Notes: generated by a model not told the origin, from the letters alone. Positions 25,086 through 38,744 are shown, numbered from the stretch's first letter. The stretch is DNA of 64,000 nt from Glaucostegus cemiculus (GCA_976551045.1 CDPCPM010000016.1:27342001-27406000), one strand, 5' to 3'. Numbers and translations: made by a program.

Positions 25086-26559
25086 GTTGAGTTAATAACA
25101 ATGATAGAAGAAAATCAGAGAGCACATTGTAGGAAGAGACTGTTTGGCCCATCAATCCATTCCTTTTGAAGACATGCAATTTGCCCTATCACACACTTAT
25201 GTTGAGCCTATTATAACATTAGATGAGCATTGTCCATCTTCCTGTTTTCCCATGCCTTAGATTTATGGGGAACATAGAAATATTAGTCTGGTGCCTATAC
25301 ATTTTTGTATGATTTTATTGAATACCCTCGCATGCATATAAATGGTTTTGCTTGATTCAGTCTTTCAGGGTTTCTTTATAGCAATGCTTTATCATTTTTA
25401 TAACTTCCAGAACTAAAAACCAGGAAGTGGAATTTACTTTTGCGGTGAAACATAGAACTTAACTGCCCTGTAAAATATTTCCTGATCTTCTACGCAACCT
25501 ATCTCTTAGGAATGTCCCTCCTATCTGATATGTAACTAAGCTAAAAGAGCACTTTTACCATATCTGAGTACAACTTAGAATCATGCTACTCCAATGAAAA
25601 GACTATGTTGTAGCTCATTTGGCAAATTCATAAATCTTGACTCGTACTGGTGTAGGCAATGCCATCAAAGACTAAAGTATGTCAGTCATAGAAAGTAAGT
25701 TTGTCTTACACTGAACAAGAGTAAATATATTCCGATGTCCTGTCCAAGTCATTGTCAGGAACTGTGATGCAGAATGAAAACAAAATAAAAATATGATAGA
25801 AAGAGAGGACAAATTGTCAGTAGCCTGAAGATTTATTGAACTCTGTGCCTAACTTGCTGATCTATAGCAAGTAGGCAAAGCTCCACTCTAAGAGTGTCAG
25901 TTTACAGATTTATCTGCTCGTATCCATCATGGGGAAAATGCCTGCCTACAGATACTTTTTTTTGCTATTGATATAGATTTAATCCAGAAATTTGATTTCT
26001 GAACTTACAATGAATAAGGTCCACTCACCGAATAGTTTTGGATATTTGCCTGCAACATCAATGTTTTACAAGCTCAGTTTCTGCCCATTGATCTAATATT
26101 ACAACAGTGGAGGACTGAATTGAAAGGAATGGACTGGGGATTTATTAACCTGTTATTAAAAAAATCCTTGAGAGCAATTTATGCAGTGTTATGATTGTTT
26201 GACGGTCAGAGGGAATGCCTGACAACTCTTCCCAGGCAGTGCAGTGAAATATAATGTAAATAATGTGCATCATACCAAGTTAAATTATTAAAGAAATGTG
26301 GCAAGGTTGTTGTTATTTCATGTATGGTTCATGAGTTTTCCTAGGAATACTTGAGTCTTGATGAATATTGTTATTTTAACTTTAGAGTTAACATATTTAT
26401 TTTAATTAGAATTAATTCTAAAATATTTTGGGAAGTTTAGCTCAAGGAATCCAATCACTATATCTCAGTCTTCTGTACCCATCCAACAAATGAGAGGAAG
26501 CAGTAGAAAATACATGGCAAATGCTTTAGGCGATGTGCCAGAATAAAGCTTTTATCAAA

Positions 26560-26915
26560 CGTTAAGGAGAAAATTATGAAGGGCATAGATGGGGTGGGCT
26601 GCAGTAGACATTTTCCCTCCTCCAGAGGTACGTGTAACTAGAAGACATAGGTTTAAGGTAAGGAGAAAGGGGCTTAGAGGAGATACAAGGAAAATAAAAT
26701 CACTTCTAGGATGGTTGGAATTTGGAATACATGACCTGAGAGGGTGGTGGAGGCAGATTCTCTCACAACGCTTGAGATTTACATGGATGAGCACTTGAAT
26801 CGCCAAGGCATAGAATGCAAGTGACCAGGTGTTGGCAAATAGTATTAGTACAGTTGGGGACTTAATGGACCTTGCAGGTTGAAGGGCCTGTTTTTGTGCT
26901 GTATGACTCTGTGAC
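26560..26915 (+). mobile_element. CR1 3' fragment
   Basis: TRRHRFKVRRK...RGD; ends GAAGGGCCTGTTTTTGTGCTGTATGACTCTGTGAC. Confidence 0.75.
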
Positions 26916-27685
26916 TACATTAAAAAAAAGTTAAAATGTTTAAATTATTAATTTTTTACAAACTCAAATTCTGAACCGTTTTAAACAGTGACTTAAATAA
27001 AATAAGAAGATATATTTCTTTTTCTCAAACAGCTGGTTTTTCCTACTGAAATGAATAGCACTGTTGTACTCCTGGTTTAACATGGCACAGATTCAGCAGG
27101 CAGATTCCCTAGCTCTCAGGCTAGGAAGTTTTTGGAAGTCTGTGCTAGCCTGTCAGATTCCAAGAGGTGTGATGGGTTACCTGCCGGCAGATCCAGGCAT
27201 ATATGGGTGGAAGGTCTGCCCCAGTGTTTCAGATCAATGACCTTCTCAGTGAGTTGGCTCGTTTCACTATAACAAAACAAAGTATAATCCTCTCAGCAAT
27301 ATTTTGTTCTTGCTGCCTTCTCCAGGGAGTAATGTTTCACAGAAAAACATTTTAGCTCTGGGCTCTTTCAAGGCAAAAATGGAAGATCCACCAGATCTCC
27401 TGCCAATCTTCCAAAGCAAACAACACACGACACAGGACTACAAATGATATGTTCTTTCATTCAGTCGACTGGAAATAATTTCAAGGCTGGTCCATTGGTA
27501 TCTTAGCTTTCAATTGTTCCAAACATATTTTTTTTAATTCGATACATACAGTTTACTGACAAATACGATTTTTAAAGTAAACCTTCTGCCAAGTTATTTT
27601 GGTGAGGGACAAAGATGAAAATGTAGCTGTCACCCTTTATGAAGTTGTCACCCATTCATCCTTTCAACTGTTATCTTGTTTGCAG

Positions 27686-27854
27686 GGCCCGCAACAGAGG
27701 ATGTGGCCAGTGGTGTCCGAACAGTGGGGCTCCTATTTTGTGGATGGTGTCACAGGGCTAGAGGGTGAAGGTGAAACCCAGGTGCACACATGGTGCAGCA
27801 ACAACATTAACACTTACAGCACCATTGCTATTCCCAGCCTGCAGGCTATAGCAG
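27686..27854 (+). CDS. NT5DC1: NT5DC1 penultimate coding exon
   Basis: ttgcag|GGC...GCA G|gtaaga, phase 0/1, 169 nt; WGSYFVDGVTGLE...TWCSNNINTYSTIAIPSLQAIA matches recalled human WGSFFIDSVLGLE...TWSCKRISTYSTIAIPSIEAIA. Confidence 0.95.
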
Positions 27855-28877
27855 GTAAGAAAGAAAAAAAAATTGACAGCAGGTTCGTGTAAATTCTGTG
27901 TGGGTCAACCTAAGAAATAGTAAAGGACAGAAAACATAAATAGGAGTAGTTTATGCTTGCTTACTTCCCCAGCATGTTAACTTCCCTTATCCCTTAACAG
28001 TGGTTACTGTATTGTACTGAATATATAGGCCAGCAAATTAGAGGACAATGTAAGGATAATACTGTAATCAAGGTGGGCAAATTTTTGATCTTCACTGCAG
28101 ATGCTCATTTATTGATTATCTTCATAGATAAAGGACTTGTCCCCACCTAACTCAGTTTTTTACATAACTGTGCCACATTTGCAATCTGACCTGAAGCCAG
28201 TCTGTATACCATTCCCACATAAGTTAGAAAGGTTCAGGTATCCCAGAAGATGTTTCTTGCCTGCAAGTGCTCAGATCAGTAGTATGTGGGATGGATGGGC
28301 AGTGTAATTCAGGTGAGGGCCAATACTGAAAAAAACTCTAGTCTCCTAATGCTAGAGAGGGATCTATTCAATCTGTTTTAAAGGAAATTAATGAATATTT
28401 TAAAGAAAAATTAAGACATAGTGGAAATGGCAGAGAAGTATTTCTAAGCGGATAACTCTTTTAGAAAGCTTTCAAGGACCAAATGATGTCATTATGTAAA
28501 TCTCCATGATTCAGTTCATGTCTGAACAGATCTGCAGGTTTCATTCATGATCATGTGAAGATCTGCAGGTTTCAGTCACGATCTGTGCTTGTAACTCATC
28601 CCATCCCTGATGTCACAATTCACCTCTACACCTTTCAGTCAAAAGAGTGATTTTCTAGCCTGTGACTTCAACTAAAAGTATGGATCAGACTCTTCAATAC
28701 TTTTACCAATTACCTTCAATCTGTGTTGTTCTTTGATTCTTGGTCTTTATTTAGTTTATCTAAATCTGCTGTGATTTTGAATACTTATTTTCAATCACCC
28801 TTCAAGTTTATCTGGTGAAAAGAGAGCAACCCCAGCTTCTCCAGGATAGTCCACAGAACTAAAGTTCCTTAACCCTG

Positions 28878-28980
28878 GAAAGGTGGCTCACCATCACTTG
28901 TTCCAGGGTAATGATAGATGGGCAGCAAATGCTAGCCTTCTAGTGACACCCAAATCATGAAAAATGAATAATTAAAAAAG
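28878..28980 (+). mobile_element. 3' tail of the CR1/Jockey-group LINE family seen at 49420
   Basis: AGGTGGCTCACCATCACTT...GATGGGCAGCAAATGCTAGCC resembles the reverse complement of 49420-49510. Confidence 0.55.
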
Positions 28981-29549
28981 AGACTCCTGAATGTCCTTTT
29001 AACAACCTTCTTAATCTAATCTGCCTCCATTCAAAGATTTTACACATATACTACCAGCAACCACATTAGTATTGTATGTTTGTCATCCATCATTGGAAAA
29101 CACCAGCAAATGGGACGAGCTTAGATGGGCATCTTGATTAGCATAGAGAGTTGGGCCAAAGGGCCTATTTTCATGCTATATTACTCAAAAATTCTATGGC
29201 TGTATAATTGTGTATGAAATATTAATGAGTCCAACCATCAAAATGAGAGTGAATGTCTGCAATCTTATAAGTGAGCTACATCTAAAATTAAACCTATAAT
29301 GGCACCACTATAACTAAAGAGACTGAAAGACTCTTGTATTTTATCCCTACAATTCTCTTTAACATAGATTTACATTCAGTTTGATCAAAGATACAAAAGC
29401 CCAAAGTTGACAGTATGAAAGTTTTCTAATTGAATATTCATGTTATACATGCATGCACAGCAAGTGAAAGTCTTCAGTGGCAACACCCCCGACAAGATCA
29501 AACTCCCATGGGGTGTTGGTGCATGATATTCGGACTTTACCCTGCTTGA

Positions 29550-29775
29550 TGAATAATTGGTAATTAATTGGTTTATTATTGCCAATGTACCAAGATACAG
29601 TGAAAAACTTTTGGTTGCATGCCATCTAGACAGATTGTTCATACATAAGTACAAAAGTGGAAAAAAAACAGAACGCAGAATATAGTGTTATGGTACCAGA
29701 GAAAGTGCAGTGCAGGTAGACACTTAACGTGCAAGGGCCATGATGAGATTGACTGAGAGATCAAGGGTTCATCTA
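29550..29775 (-). mobile_element. Rex1/Babar 3' UTR fragment
   Basis: ATTGGTTTATTATTG...ACAGTGAAAAACTTT...GAAAGTGCAGTGCAGGTAGAC, same family as the 6360 end. Confidence 0.7.
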
Positions 29776-29934
29776 CAATTGAAGAATGTAGATCATCAGC
29801 ACCCACCCTGCCATGTAGCCACTGATAAGCTGTAGAACAGGACAGGAGATTTAAAGTTCACAAAATTTGGAATGCGACATGTTTTAGCATTCCTCACTGA
29901 AAAATTATCAAGACAAAGCTATTAAAAATCCTGG

Positions 29935-30995
29935 AGATGCAAGAGACTGCCAGTGCTGGATCTGAAGCAACAAACAATCTGCTGGAGCAACTTAGCATGT
30001 CGAGCAGCATCTGTAGAGAGATCTATCTGGCTATCTATCTGAGTATGCTATCTGGCCATCTCAGCCAGATAGTGGATTTCAGGAGAGGTTGCCATGTGCA
30101 CGCCCCGGTGACCATCAGCGGTAGAACAAGTAGGCAGCACCAAGTTCCTGGGGGTGCACATCACTGATGACCTGAACTGGTCCACTAACACCACGGCCCT
30201 CACTAAGAAGGCCCAGAAACGCCTCTACTTCCTGCGGAGACTGAGGAAAGTGAACTCCCATCCCTCGGTAATGAAAATTTTTTATAGAGGGACTATCGAG
30301 AGCATCCTAACTCTCTGCATCACTGTCTGGTTTGGGAGCTGCTCAGCTGCTGGACGGAAGTCTCTCCAGAGGATAGTGAGGGCAGCAGAGAAGATCATAG
30401 GTGTCTCTCTACCCTCCATTGCAGACATATACAAGGACCGATGTGTTAGGAAGGCCAAAAATATAATGTTGGATCCTTCTCACCCCTCCCATCATCTCTT
30501 CACACTCTTCCCGTCTGGAAGAAGGCTCAAATACATCAGGGCAAGAACAACCAAGCTGTGTAATAGCTTCTTCCCAGAAGCTATTAGATCTGTGAACTCC
30601 CTCATCCCTCCATCTCTCCTGCCAACACTAAAGGATGCTAGGAGTACAGAAACGCACCAGCACTTTAAATAGCCACTGCCAGTTCGCTCATTTTAAGACT
30701 ATTTATTTAAGTTGCATAATTTAATTTAATTTTTGTGGTTCTAATGTTTTTCAGTGTCTTTCTGTCTGTGTGTCTTTTCTGTTTAATATTTAATGTGACG
30801 TGCACCTGTGGAAGACGGTATCTCGCTCCTATACATACTGTGTGTGTGTATATGGTTGTGACAATAAAAATGATTCTGATTCTGATTCAGCTCTCAGTCC
30901 TCATGCAGGGTTTTGACCCAAAATGTCAACAATTCCTTTCCCCCCAAGATATGCTGCTCGACCCACTGAGTTCCACCAGCAGATTGTTTGTTGAA
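29935..30995. mobile_element. Palindromic Penelope-derived repeat split by a Rex1 insertion
   Basis: Left arm 29935-30020 (CAACAAACAATCTGCTGG...CGAGCAGCATCTG) is inverted relative to right arm 30890-30995 (ATGCTGCTCG...CCAGCAGATTGTTTGTTG); compare the unsplit copy at 41590. Confidence 0.7.
30065..30888 (+). mobile_element. 5'-truncated Rex1/Babar LINE
   Basis: 172-aa open stretch HITDDLNWSTNT...KKAQKRLYFLRRL...FYRGTIESIL...DPSHPSHHLFTLFPSGRR; tail ACAATAAA followed by (GATTCT)n. Confidence 0.9.
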
Positions 30996-31224
30996 CTAAA
31001 AGTTCTTTCACTTCAGACCTCAATCTTATCAGCAACCTTGTTGCAAGATGTCTCCACATTGAGGAAAATTCATGATCTTTCAGGAAATTGACACAACATT
31101 AATTGTGATAAAGGATAGGAAACCCTTTGAAACATTAACCTGTTAAAGTGGAACAGAGCATTTAAATTGCCATCTTAAGTACAACTGAGCATTATATTTA
31201 CTAGATAATCTGGAGTAACCACAT

Positions 31225-31535
31225 ACAAAACATGCACGACCAGGCTAAAGGACAGCTTCTATCCCACTGTTATAAGAATGGACTTCTTATATGGTAAAGG
31301 TGAACTCTTGACCTCAAAATCTACCTCATCGTGGCCCTTGCACTTTATTGTCTACCTGCACTGCATTTTCTCTGTAACTATAACTATAAGACTATACTCT
31401 GCATTCTGTTATTGCTTTTCCCTTATACTACCTCAATGTACTGATGTGATGAAATGATCTGCATGGATGGCTTGCAAAACTAAGTTTTTCACTGTATCTC
31501 AATACATGTGACAATAATAAACTGATTCCAATTCC
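31225..31535 (+). mobile_element. Rex1/Babar 3' fragment
   Basis: TTRLKDSFYPTVIR then 3' UTR ending TTTCACTGTATCTCAATACATGTGACAATAATAAAC. Confidence 0.75.
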
Positions 31536-32729
31536 AAGAGAAAAGTAAGGAGCCTGCTTGTTTTACACACTTGACAACCTTCATTTCATCTTCACTCTCC
31601 TCTCAGAGAACCTGAGGATTCAACTGCAGAGCTAAGGAATGTGGGCTGGAGGCGTGGATGGGGATGGAGGGGCTTTTGTTTTTGTACTTGCAGACTCCAG
31701 ACTGCCTGGCCAGAATTACATTCCTTGGACATACAAAGATAAGTAGAAAATTTGACCACCACAGGCTGCACATTCTAAACTAATCAATGTAGTCATCAGT
31801 TTTCTTCAGTATCACATGTTACAGGACAGGATTCTGTTGTACATTAGTTCTGCAAAATATCAAATTCTACTGCTGCAGGCATGCCCCATAGATAGCGTTT
31901 TGCTTTTCTTCCCACTTATAGAAATGTTTCTGTAAAATGAAAAATGCCTGTGCGGCTTTCATATTCCATCATGCATGTTCAGACATTTTACCTGCACCTC
32001 TTAAGAATTTCCTGCATCTGATCGGCCTACAGGCACATCAGTATGATTTCTATTTTTTTTTGTCAAGATTTCTAAAGATGAACTACAGCAGCTGTCATAG
32101 GTAAGAGAAAGACAAGATTAGTGGAAGTGGCCCATGGAGCCTCATCAGCTCCAAACCAGTTTCAGAATAATAAACTTAAATTAGTATGTAAATTGTTAAC
32201 TACTCATTTTCATTTCCATCGGAATTTTAACTGCTCTTACTCACTTCCTGCCCTGCCCCCTCAGCTTTGTGCAATCCAATTGTCCTCCCACATATGTAAT
32301 TCTTTAACTTTTTGTGCATAAGCAATATTTCACATGTATAGGAGATTGGATCACAATGTATTTGAAGCAAGTTCTCAGCTGCTATCAACAGCTGACAGCC
32401 TTGATTCAAACCAAGACTGTTTATACTTTTAGGTATTTTCAGGTGGAGGTGCATCATTGGTTGGTAGCAGTAATGGGCAATTTGTCATGGCTACTCATTG
32501 TACTTCACTTAGAAAATCATACACAGTTTTCCAATGATGGATGAGAAAGGTACAGTACTAACCTACTTCACTTACATTCTGTTGACTTCAATAAAACCAA
32601 ATTTCAGAGACAGGAAACACATACCAGTAAGCTTTTATATGCATTTCATGTTGGCGAACAGAAATGAACTTCTACATAGCAGTGCCTTACCTTGGGTCCA
32701 AAAATTGCAAAGGCACCAATTATCCAGGT

Positions 32730-33462
32730 GATTCAGAATCAGAATAAGTTTTATTGTCACTACTGTATACACATTCAGTATGCATAGGAGCGAAATACCG
32801 TACTCCACAGATCAAGGTGCTCGTCACATTAAAAAAAACAATTAGGGACTCAAAGACAGAAAGACATTAACAACATTGGAACCACAAAATTAAAGTAAAT
32901 AGCGACTCAAATAAACAATCTTAAAGTGAGCATACTGAGGCAGCAGACAACGGATATGCTGGTGCATTTTTGTACGCCTAGCATCCTTTGGTGTTGGCGG
33001 GAGGGATGGAGGGATGAGGGAGTTCATGGTTCTGATAGCTTGTGGGAAGAAGCTATTGCACTGTCTGGTAGTCCTTGCCCGGATGCACTGGAGCCTTCTT
33101 ACAGATGGCAAAAGTGTAAAGAGGTGGTAGGAGGGGTGAGAAGGGTCCGACATTATGTTTGTGACCTTTCTGACACATCGGTCCATATATATATCTGCAA
33201 TAGAGGGTAGAGAGACACCTATGATCTTCTCTGCTGCTCTCACTGTTCTCTGAAATCCAGCAGCTGAGCAGCTTCCATACCAGATGGTGATGCAGTGTAC
33301 TCTCAAAGGTCCCTCTTTAAAAAGTTTTCATAATAGAAGGATGGGAGTTCACTTTCCTCAATCTCCACAGAAAGTAGAGGTGTTTCTGGGCTTTCTTGGT
33401 GAGGGCTGTGGTGTTAATAGACCAGGTCAGGTCATCAGCGATGTGCAACCCCAGGAACTTGG
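32730..33462 (-). mobile_element. 5'-truncated Rex1/Babar LINE, same subfamily as 30065
   Basis: CITIWYGSCSAAG.QRTVRAAEKIIGVSLPSIADIY...DPSHPS, closely similar to ORF 30154-30672. Confidence 0.9.
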
Positions 33463-33589
33463 TTTGGGGGTTATTTTCCCACAACCACTAATTTGCTGGA
33501 ACAAATGGCACAGTCACCACTGCAATACTAGCAGAGAAAATAGAAATAATACTGTTCACTTTTCCCCTCGCTATTTAAGGTATAAATAG

Positions 33590-34355
33590 AATGTAATACA
33601 AACAAGTGTGAGGTTATACACTTGGGACATATCAAGTAGATGGCAGTGACCTTAGGAGTGTTGAGGTACAGAGAGACATTGGGATCCAATCCACAGCTCT
33701 CTGAAAATGGAGACACAGGTAGATAGGTTCGTGAAGAAGGTTTTTGGTATAATTGTCTTCGTAAGACAAGGCATTGAGTATAAGAATTGGGAACTCTTGT
33801 AGCAGTTGTACAAAACATTGGTTAGACACAGTTAGACTATCCTGTCTAACTGTGTCTAACTAGATTTCTAGTCACCACACTACAGGAAGGATGTGGTAGT
33901 AACAGAGATAGTGCAGAAGAGATTCACCAGGATGTTGCCTGGAACGGAGGGCTGTAATTATAGGGAAATATTAGATAGACTGGGTTTATTCTCACTGGAT
34001 CATAGAAGGCTGAGGAGAGACTTTACAGACATATACAAAATTATGAGAGGTATAGATAGGATAGATAATCAGATTTTTTCCACAGGACAGACACAGGTTT
34101 GAGGTGAGAGGGGAGAAAGTTAAAGGAAATCTGAGGGGTAAGTTTTTCACACAGAGGGTGGTGGTTATCTGGAGCTGCCAGAGGAGATGGTAGAGGGAGA
34201 TACAATTACAATGTTTAAATGGCATTTGGACAGGTACTTGGATAGGAAAGGTGTAGAGGGATACAAGCCTAATGCAGGCAAATAGGATTAAAGTAGATAG
34301 GCATCACTTGACATGGAAGAGGTGAGCCGAAAGGGCCCATTTCTGTGCTGTAGGA
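33590..34355 (+). mobile_element. CR1 3' fragment
   Basis: VQKRFTRMLPG...LDRLGLFSL..RRLRRD...YKIMRGIDR; CR1 tail. Confidence 0.85.
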
Positions 34356-36814
34356 TTCATATCGAGTAAATGGCAGTGCACAAGTGCACAATAAACAAGG
34401 AAAACCTAAAGTTCCGAGCTTTGCAAGCATTTGCTGATTTTAATGTGGTATTCAATGCTTAATCAGTGGTGCCTTTCAATTTTTGAAGAAGCAGAGTTAC
34501 TCAGTTCTTTTTTTCTCTCTGCTACATATGCAGAATCTATTTTTAATTTAAGATTCATAATTGTTGAGCCTCACTGTTCTGGCACATGACTGAATCTTCC
34601 AGACAAACCCTGCATTATGTGTAAAATCTTATGTATTAGGTAAGACTGTTCAACGTACAGAGTGCTGATCAAGCCCAGAAGTAATAAAAAAAATTCATTA
34701 TTGTCAATAGAATATTATTCTGCTAAAATTAACTACATTGGCAATTAACCACTTATTGTTCATATGTTCTTTTCCTGAGGTTTCTTAAATCCAATGCCAA
34801 AATAATGACTTCAGGCTGAATACAAATTACATGCAGGATATATATTTTCATTGGTGAGGTAGATTTAGATGCATTAAGTATAAATCCCCAGAGAATGTAT
34901 TTGTAGATCTGTCTTTTTGAAAACTGACATCATTTGTTCTTGTAACATTCCAATTTCTACTCATTATTTTATTTTTTCTGCTCAGGGAAAAACAATCTCT
35001 CCATGATTTCAGTGAATTTCAGTGAAGTCACTAAAATGGTACCTGCTGTTCAGACCCTGAAGTATACTGCTACTAAAAGCTAACATTGTAATATTCTATA
35101 ACAACTCATTGACATAATGTATTGATTACACTAGATCAGCTTTTACTAGAAAACCTAACTAGTCTCTATATTTTCCACCTGCAATGAAAATTAATTCAAT
35201 GATAAAACGTGTGAAAATAGACATGTGCTGGGATACAAAATAAGTAGAATCACTTTCGCTGATGATGGTGTACCTGATGTGGGTTGCTTTTATCTTCAAT
35301 AGAATTGAATATCAAACATATTCTGTAACCAAACACAATGGGAACCTCATCTTTTGCACCCCAGGTCATGTCCAATTTCACCAAAATGGTTTTCACCTAT
35401 CAACTGCATCGGAAATGTTCTACAGATTGGAGAAATAGAATTAATACTTTCACATAATATGCACACAAATTACCACTGTTTGCAGTCTCTAATATGTATA
35501 AATATGTTATGGCCTGGGGAATGCTAGCTACATTAGTATAATGTACTATGAGTTTAATTATGATTTATGATAAAAGTTTGCTCTATGTTGAGTTGAGGAA
35601 TCCCCCAAAAGGAGGAAAGCAACCCTCACCATACTTATTTAATGTTTACAGAAACATTGCCAGGAGCCTGGAAGATACCTTATCCTTTCTATCAATAGCA
35701 GAGGGGCAAGACAAGGTGGAAACTAGAGTCAGCAGGTCATTCAGGCCCAAGGGCAACAAAACTAAACCTAATTCAGATGAAGAAATCTTAGTGAAAGAAC
35801 AGAAGAAGAGGTAGTTCTTTATGTTAGGAATGGATAAAGAAAAGGGAGTTTCTCACATGGAATGGTGAGGATATGGTGGGGCAGTGGTGGATCGAGGATA
35901 GGGGGTTGCTGGTTGGTGGTCATTTGCAGTGTTTACAATTGCATATATTTGTTTCCGCAGAAGTCCTTGGAGTGTTCAATGAGTGGAAAATTGGCTTTTG
36001 CAGATGCTACTGTACATCATGACCTCCAGGTCTGTTACTCAGACTTGGGTGTCATTGCACTATCACCCTTCACAAAGACATGTTTTGAGCAAACTTTTCC
36101 CTTCAGTTTACGTACGAACTCACTGATTGTGCCTACGTAAATACAAATTAGAATTAATAATAAATTTAAGGTCAATGAGTTTGCTTTAAGGTGACATATT
36201 TGGGGAAGAAAGTCAAAAATCTGCAGGCACAAGAAATCTGATAAGTTCTTAGTTGGACACTGAAGGAACAGCAAAGGTTGTCAGAGTAAAATGTGGTGAA
36301 TTTGGTACAATTGTGGGATACAAATCCTCTGTCCGTACAACTCTGATTGGCATCATTAAGCTGACCAACCTAGGAATTGGCAGGAATGTGTTTCGTTACC
36401 AGATTGACTTTCTATTATCTATACCATTTGAACATTAATAACTGGAATGTGCCATTTTAATATAAAATTCAACACTTTGGAGGGCATCTTGTCTTTTTGT
36501 CCATTCCCTGGTATATTTGTATTGGAATGTGTCAGTGTGGTGATGCTCCATCTGAAAGGAGCATGTATTATTTTACATATTATTTGGCATTGTATCTGAT
36601 ATTCCTCTGATGATCATTCATGGAAATGCCAAATAATATTTCATCCTATAGGCATATTTTTTAATTTCTTCCATTGCAATTAAACAATAATGTGGAGGAT
36701 GAGAAAATTACTTGAGAATTTTCAACAGATCCCCAGTACAGAGTCTTGGTGTAGTTTGTTTAATTCCTTTTGTCCTTCAGGGGAGTGAGGAAATGTTATC
36801 CTAATTCTATGATC

Positions 36815-36960
36815 TGGAAGTCTCCTTTTAACTCAGCAGTTAAATGCACCTGTGTGATACCAAGCCAGCACAGACAAGGAAGGTCACAACTTTGATCTCT
36901 CATCTGCACTAAGTTAGCTACTTGGCAGCTGGTATTCACATCCCTGGGGTGCACTGTCAC
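36815..36960 (+). mobile_element. Ancient tRNA-derived SINE head (AmnSINE2-like, from memory)
   Basis: AACTCAG..GTTAAATGCAC...AGCC..CACAGACAAGGAAGGTCAC...TTTGATC...AGTTAGCT resembles a recalled ancient vertebrate SINE head. Confidence 0.35.
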
Positions 36961-38289
36961 TGTTGAAGGAGTCCCGCACATTTCAAACCTCATATTTTTG
37001 TGTAAGATGCTTTTTCCTCAAAGACTGTAATAACTATTGATATATGTTTGACAGAATCAGTAGGTTGGAATTTGCAGTCTACTATAATAGTTTAGAAGCA
37101 CTTTCACGCTTTTTTAACCTTTACTTTGATAGGAATGCAAAGAACCTATTTCCTTCAACTTTACTTGAAAAGGTGTATTGTAGTCCTTAGTACTTTTATT
37201 TTTACACATTATTTATAGTTCTTCTAGGATGAATTACTTTTGGCTTGAATGGAAAGACTTAATGTAGCCTCAGAATTCTGGAAAGTGCATAATGTAAGAC
37301 ATTAAATTATCAAAACCTTGTGGCAGGGAGGTTTTACAACTTTCTCTCTGGATCTGTCTTTAAAAAAAACCTCATTCTGCCAGTATATTAGTCATTGCAT
37401 AAAAAGCTATTTGTTACACTGACAAAGCTGGCAGCTTAATTACCACCTATCAATATCTCACTGCATCTAATGCTTTTGCATGTATGCACATGCTTGGAGC
37501 ATTCCCAGATAGTCTTGTTTTGGATTCAGTCAATAAAGTCAAAATTTTAGATCTCCTACAAATTAAATCAGATTAAATGCACCACTTCCCAGTATTTTGC
37601 ATTAATTCCTTCTCAGAGCTGTAAATAACCTTATTTTTTATATCTACTAATAATTGGTAATTTTAAATAAACCTTGGTGTGCAGACATCTGCAATACTGT
37701 AAAACAATATTACATTCATCATAGAGCTTACCATTTCTTTATTGTGAATGTAATTAGTACTATGCCAACTAATAACTTTGCATAATAATAATGTTCCAAT
37801 GCCTCTAGGCCTTTAATCTCAGAAAGCCACAGATCTGAATGCAGTCTGTGTTTTAGCTTGTATGACCTACCAGCATTCATGTTAGTTACGGTTTACACAA
37901 CTTAGCCTGATAATTAGGTTGTTGAGCAGTTTACTTAATGTTTCATATAAATTTTTATTCATTGTAGACATGTTCTGACTAGCAAGACTGAAACTATGAG
38001 ATTCCCACAATGATTTTACAATCTATAGAGCTTCAATGGAATTATAGTAACTCAATCCAGACTTTAGTGGTATTTTAAGCCTGCGATACAGTCAGTGATG
38101 CATCATGGCATTTACAAGGTGAAGTTAATTTTAACAAATTATGAGATGAATGGAGAAGATAAAATCAGTACTTCCTGCAGTGCTTAATATATTAAATCTT
38201 TGATTACCTTCCTGCTTTTAGCGCCCACAGCCATTACTTATAACAAACAATGATAAAACTAAGATATATGGTTCATAAAGACTTTCAGA

Positions 38290-38578
38290 CAAGATATCTT
38301 TATTAGTCACATATACATCGAAACACACAGTGAAATGCATCTTTTGTGTAGAGTGTTCTGGGGGCAGCCTGCAAATGTCACCATGCTTCAGGCACCAACA
38401 TAGCATGCCTACAACTTCCTAACCCATATGTCTTTGGAATGTGGGAGGAAACCAGAGCACCCAGAGGAAACCCACGCAGACATGGGGAGAACGTACAAAC
38501 TCCTTACAGACAGTGACCAGAATTGAACCCGGGTCGCTGGCGCTGTAATAGCGTCACACTAACTGCTACACTACTGTG
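38290..38578 (-). mobile_element. Full-length tRNA-derived V-SINE
   Basis: Reverse complement closely matches 53706-53997 (head, GGGTTCAATTC B-box, V-domain, GACTAATAAAGATATCTT tail). Confidence 0.88.
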
Positions 38579-38744
38579 TGTATATGGCAGTAAATTCCTA
38601 TTAAACAAATAGCCTATGTTCTGTATATTAGATACTAAGAACATGCAATGAGAAGCTAGATTTATATTTATTACTAACAGAATTGTCCATATTTTATGTT
38701 ATCTTAATACATTGCTTTTTGTTTGTTGAAATAAAAAAATGCAG

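Noticed and set aside
28525-28590. Two ~32-bp direct repeats (AGATCTGCAGGTTTCA.TCA.GATC)
   Set aside because: Simple local tandem duplication; not a CRISPR-like array.
30154-30672. Open 172-aa ORF as a possible domesticated gene
   Set aside because: C-terminal part of a 5'-truncated Rex1 ORF with its tail intact; openness is explained by recent insertion.
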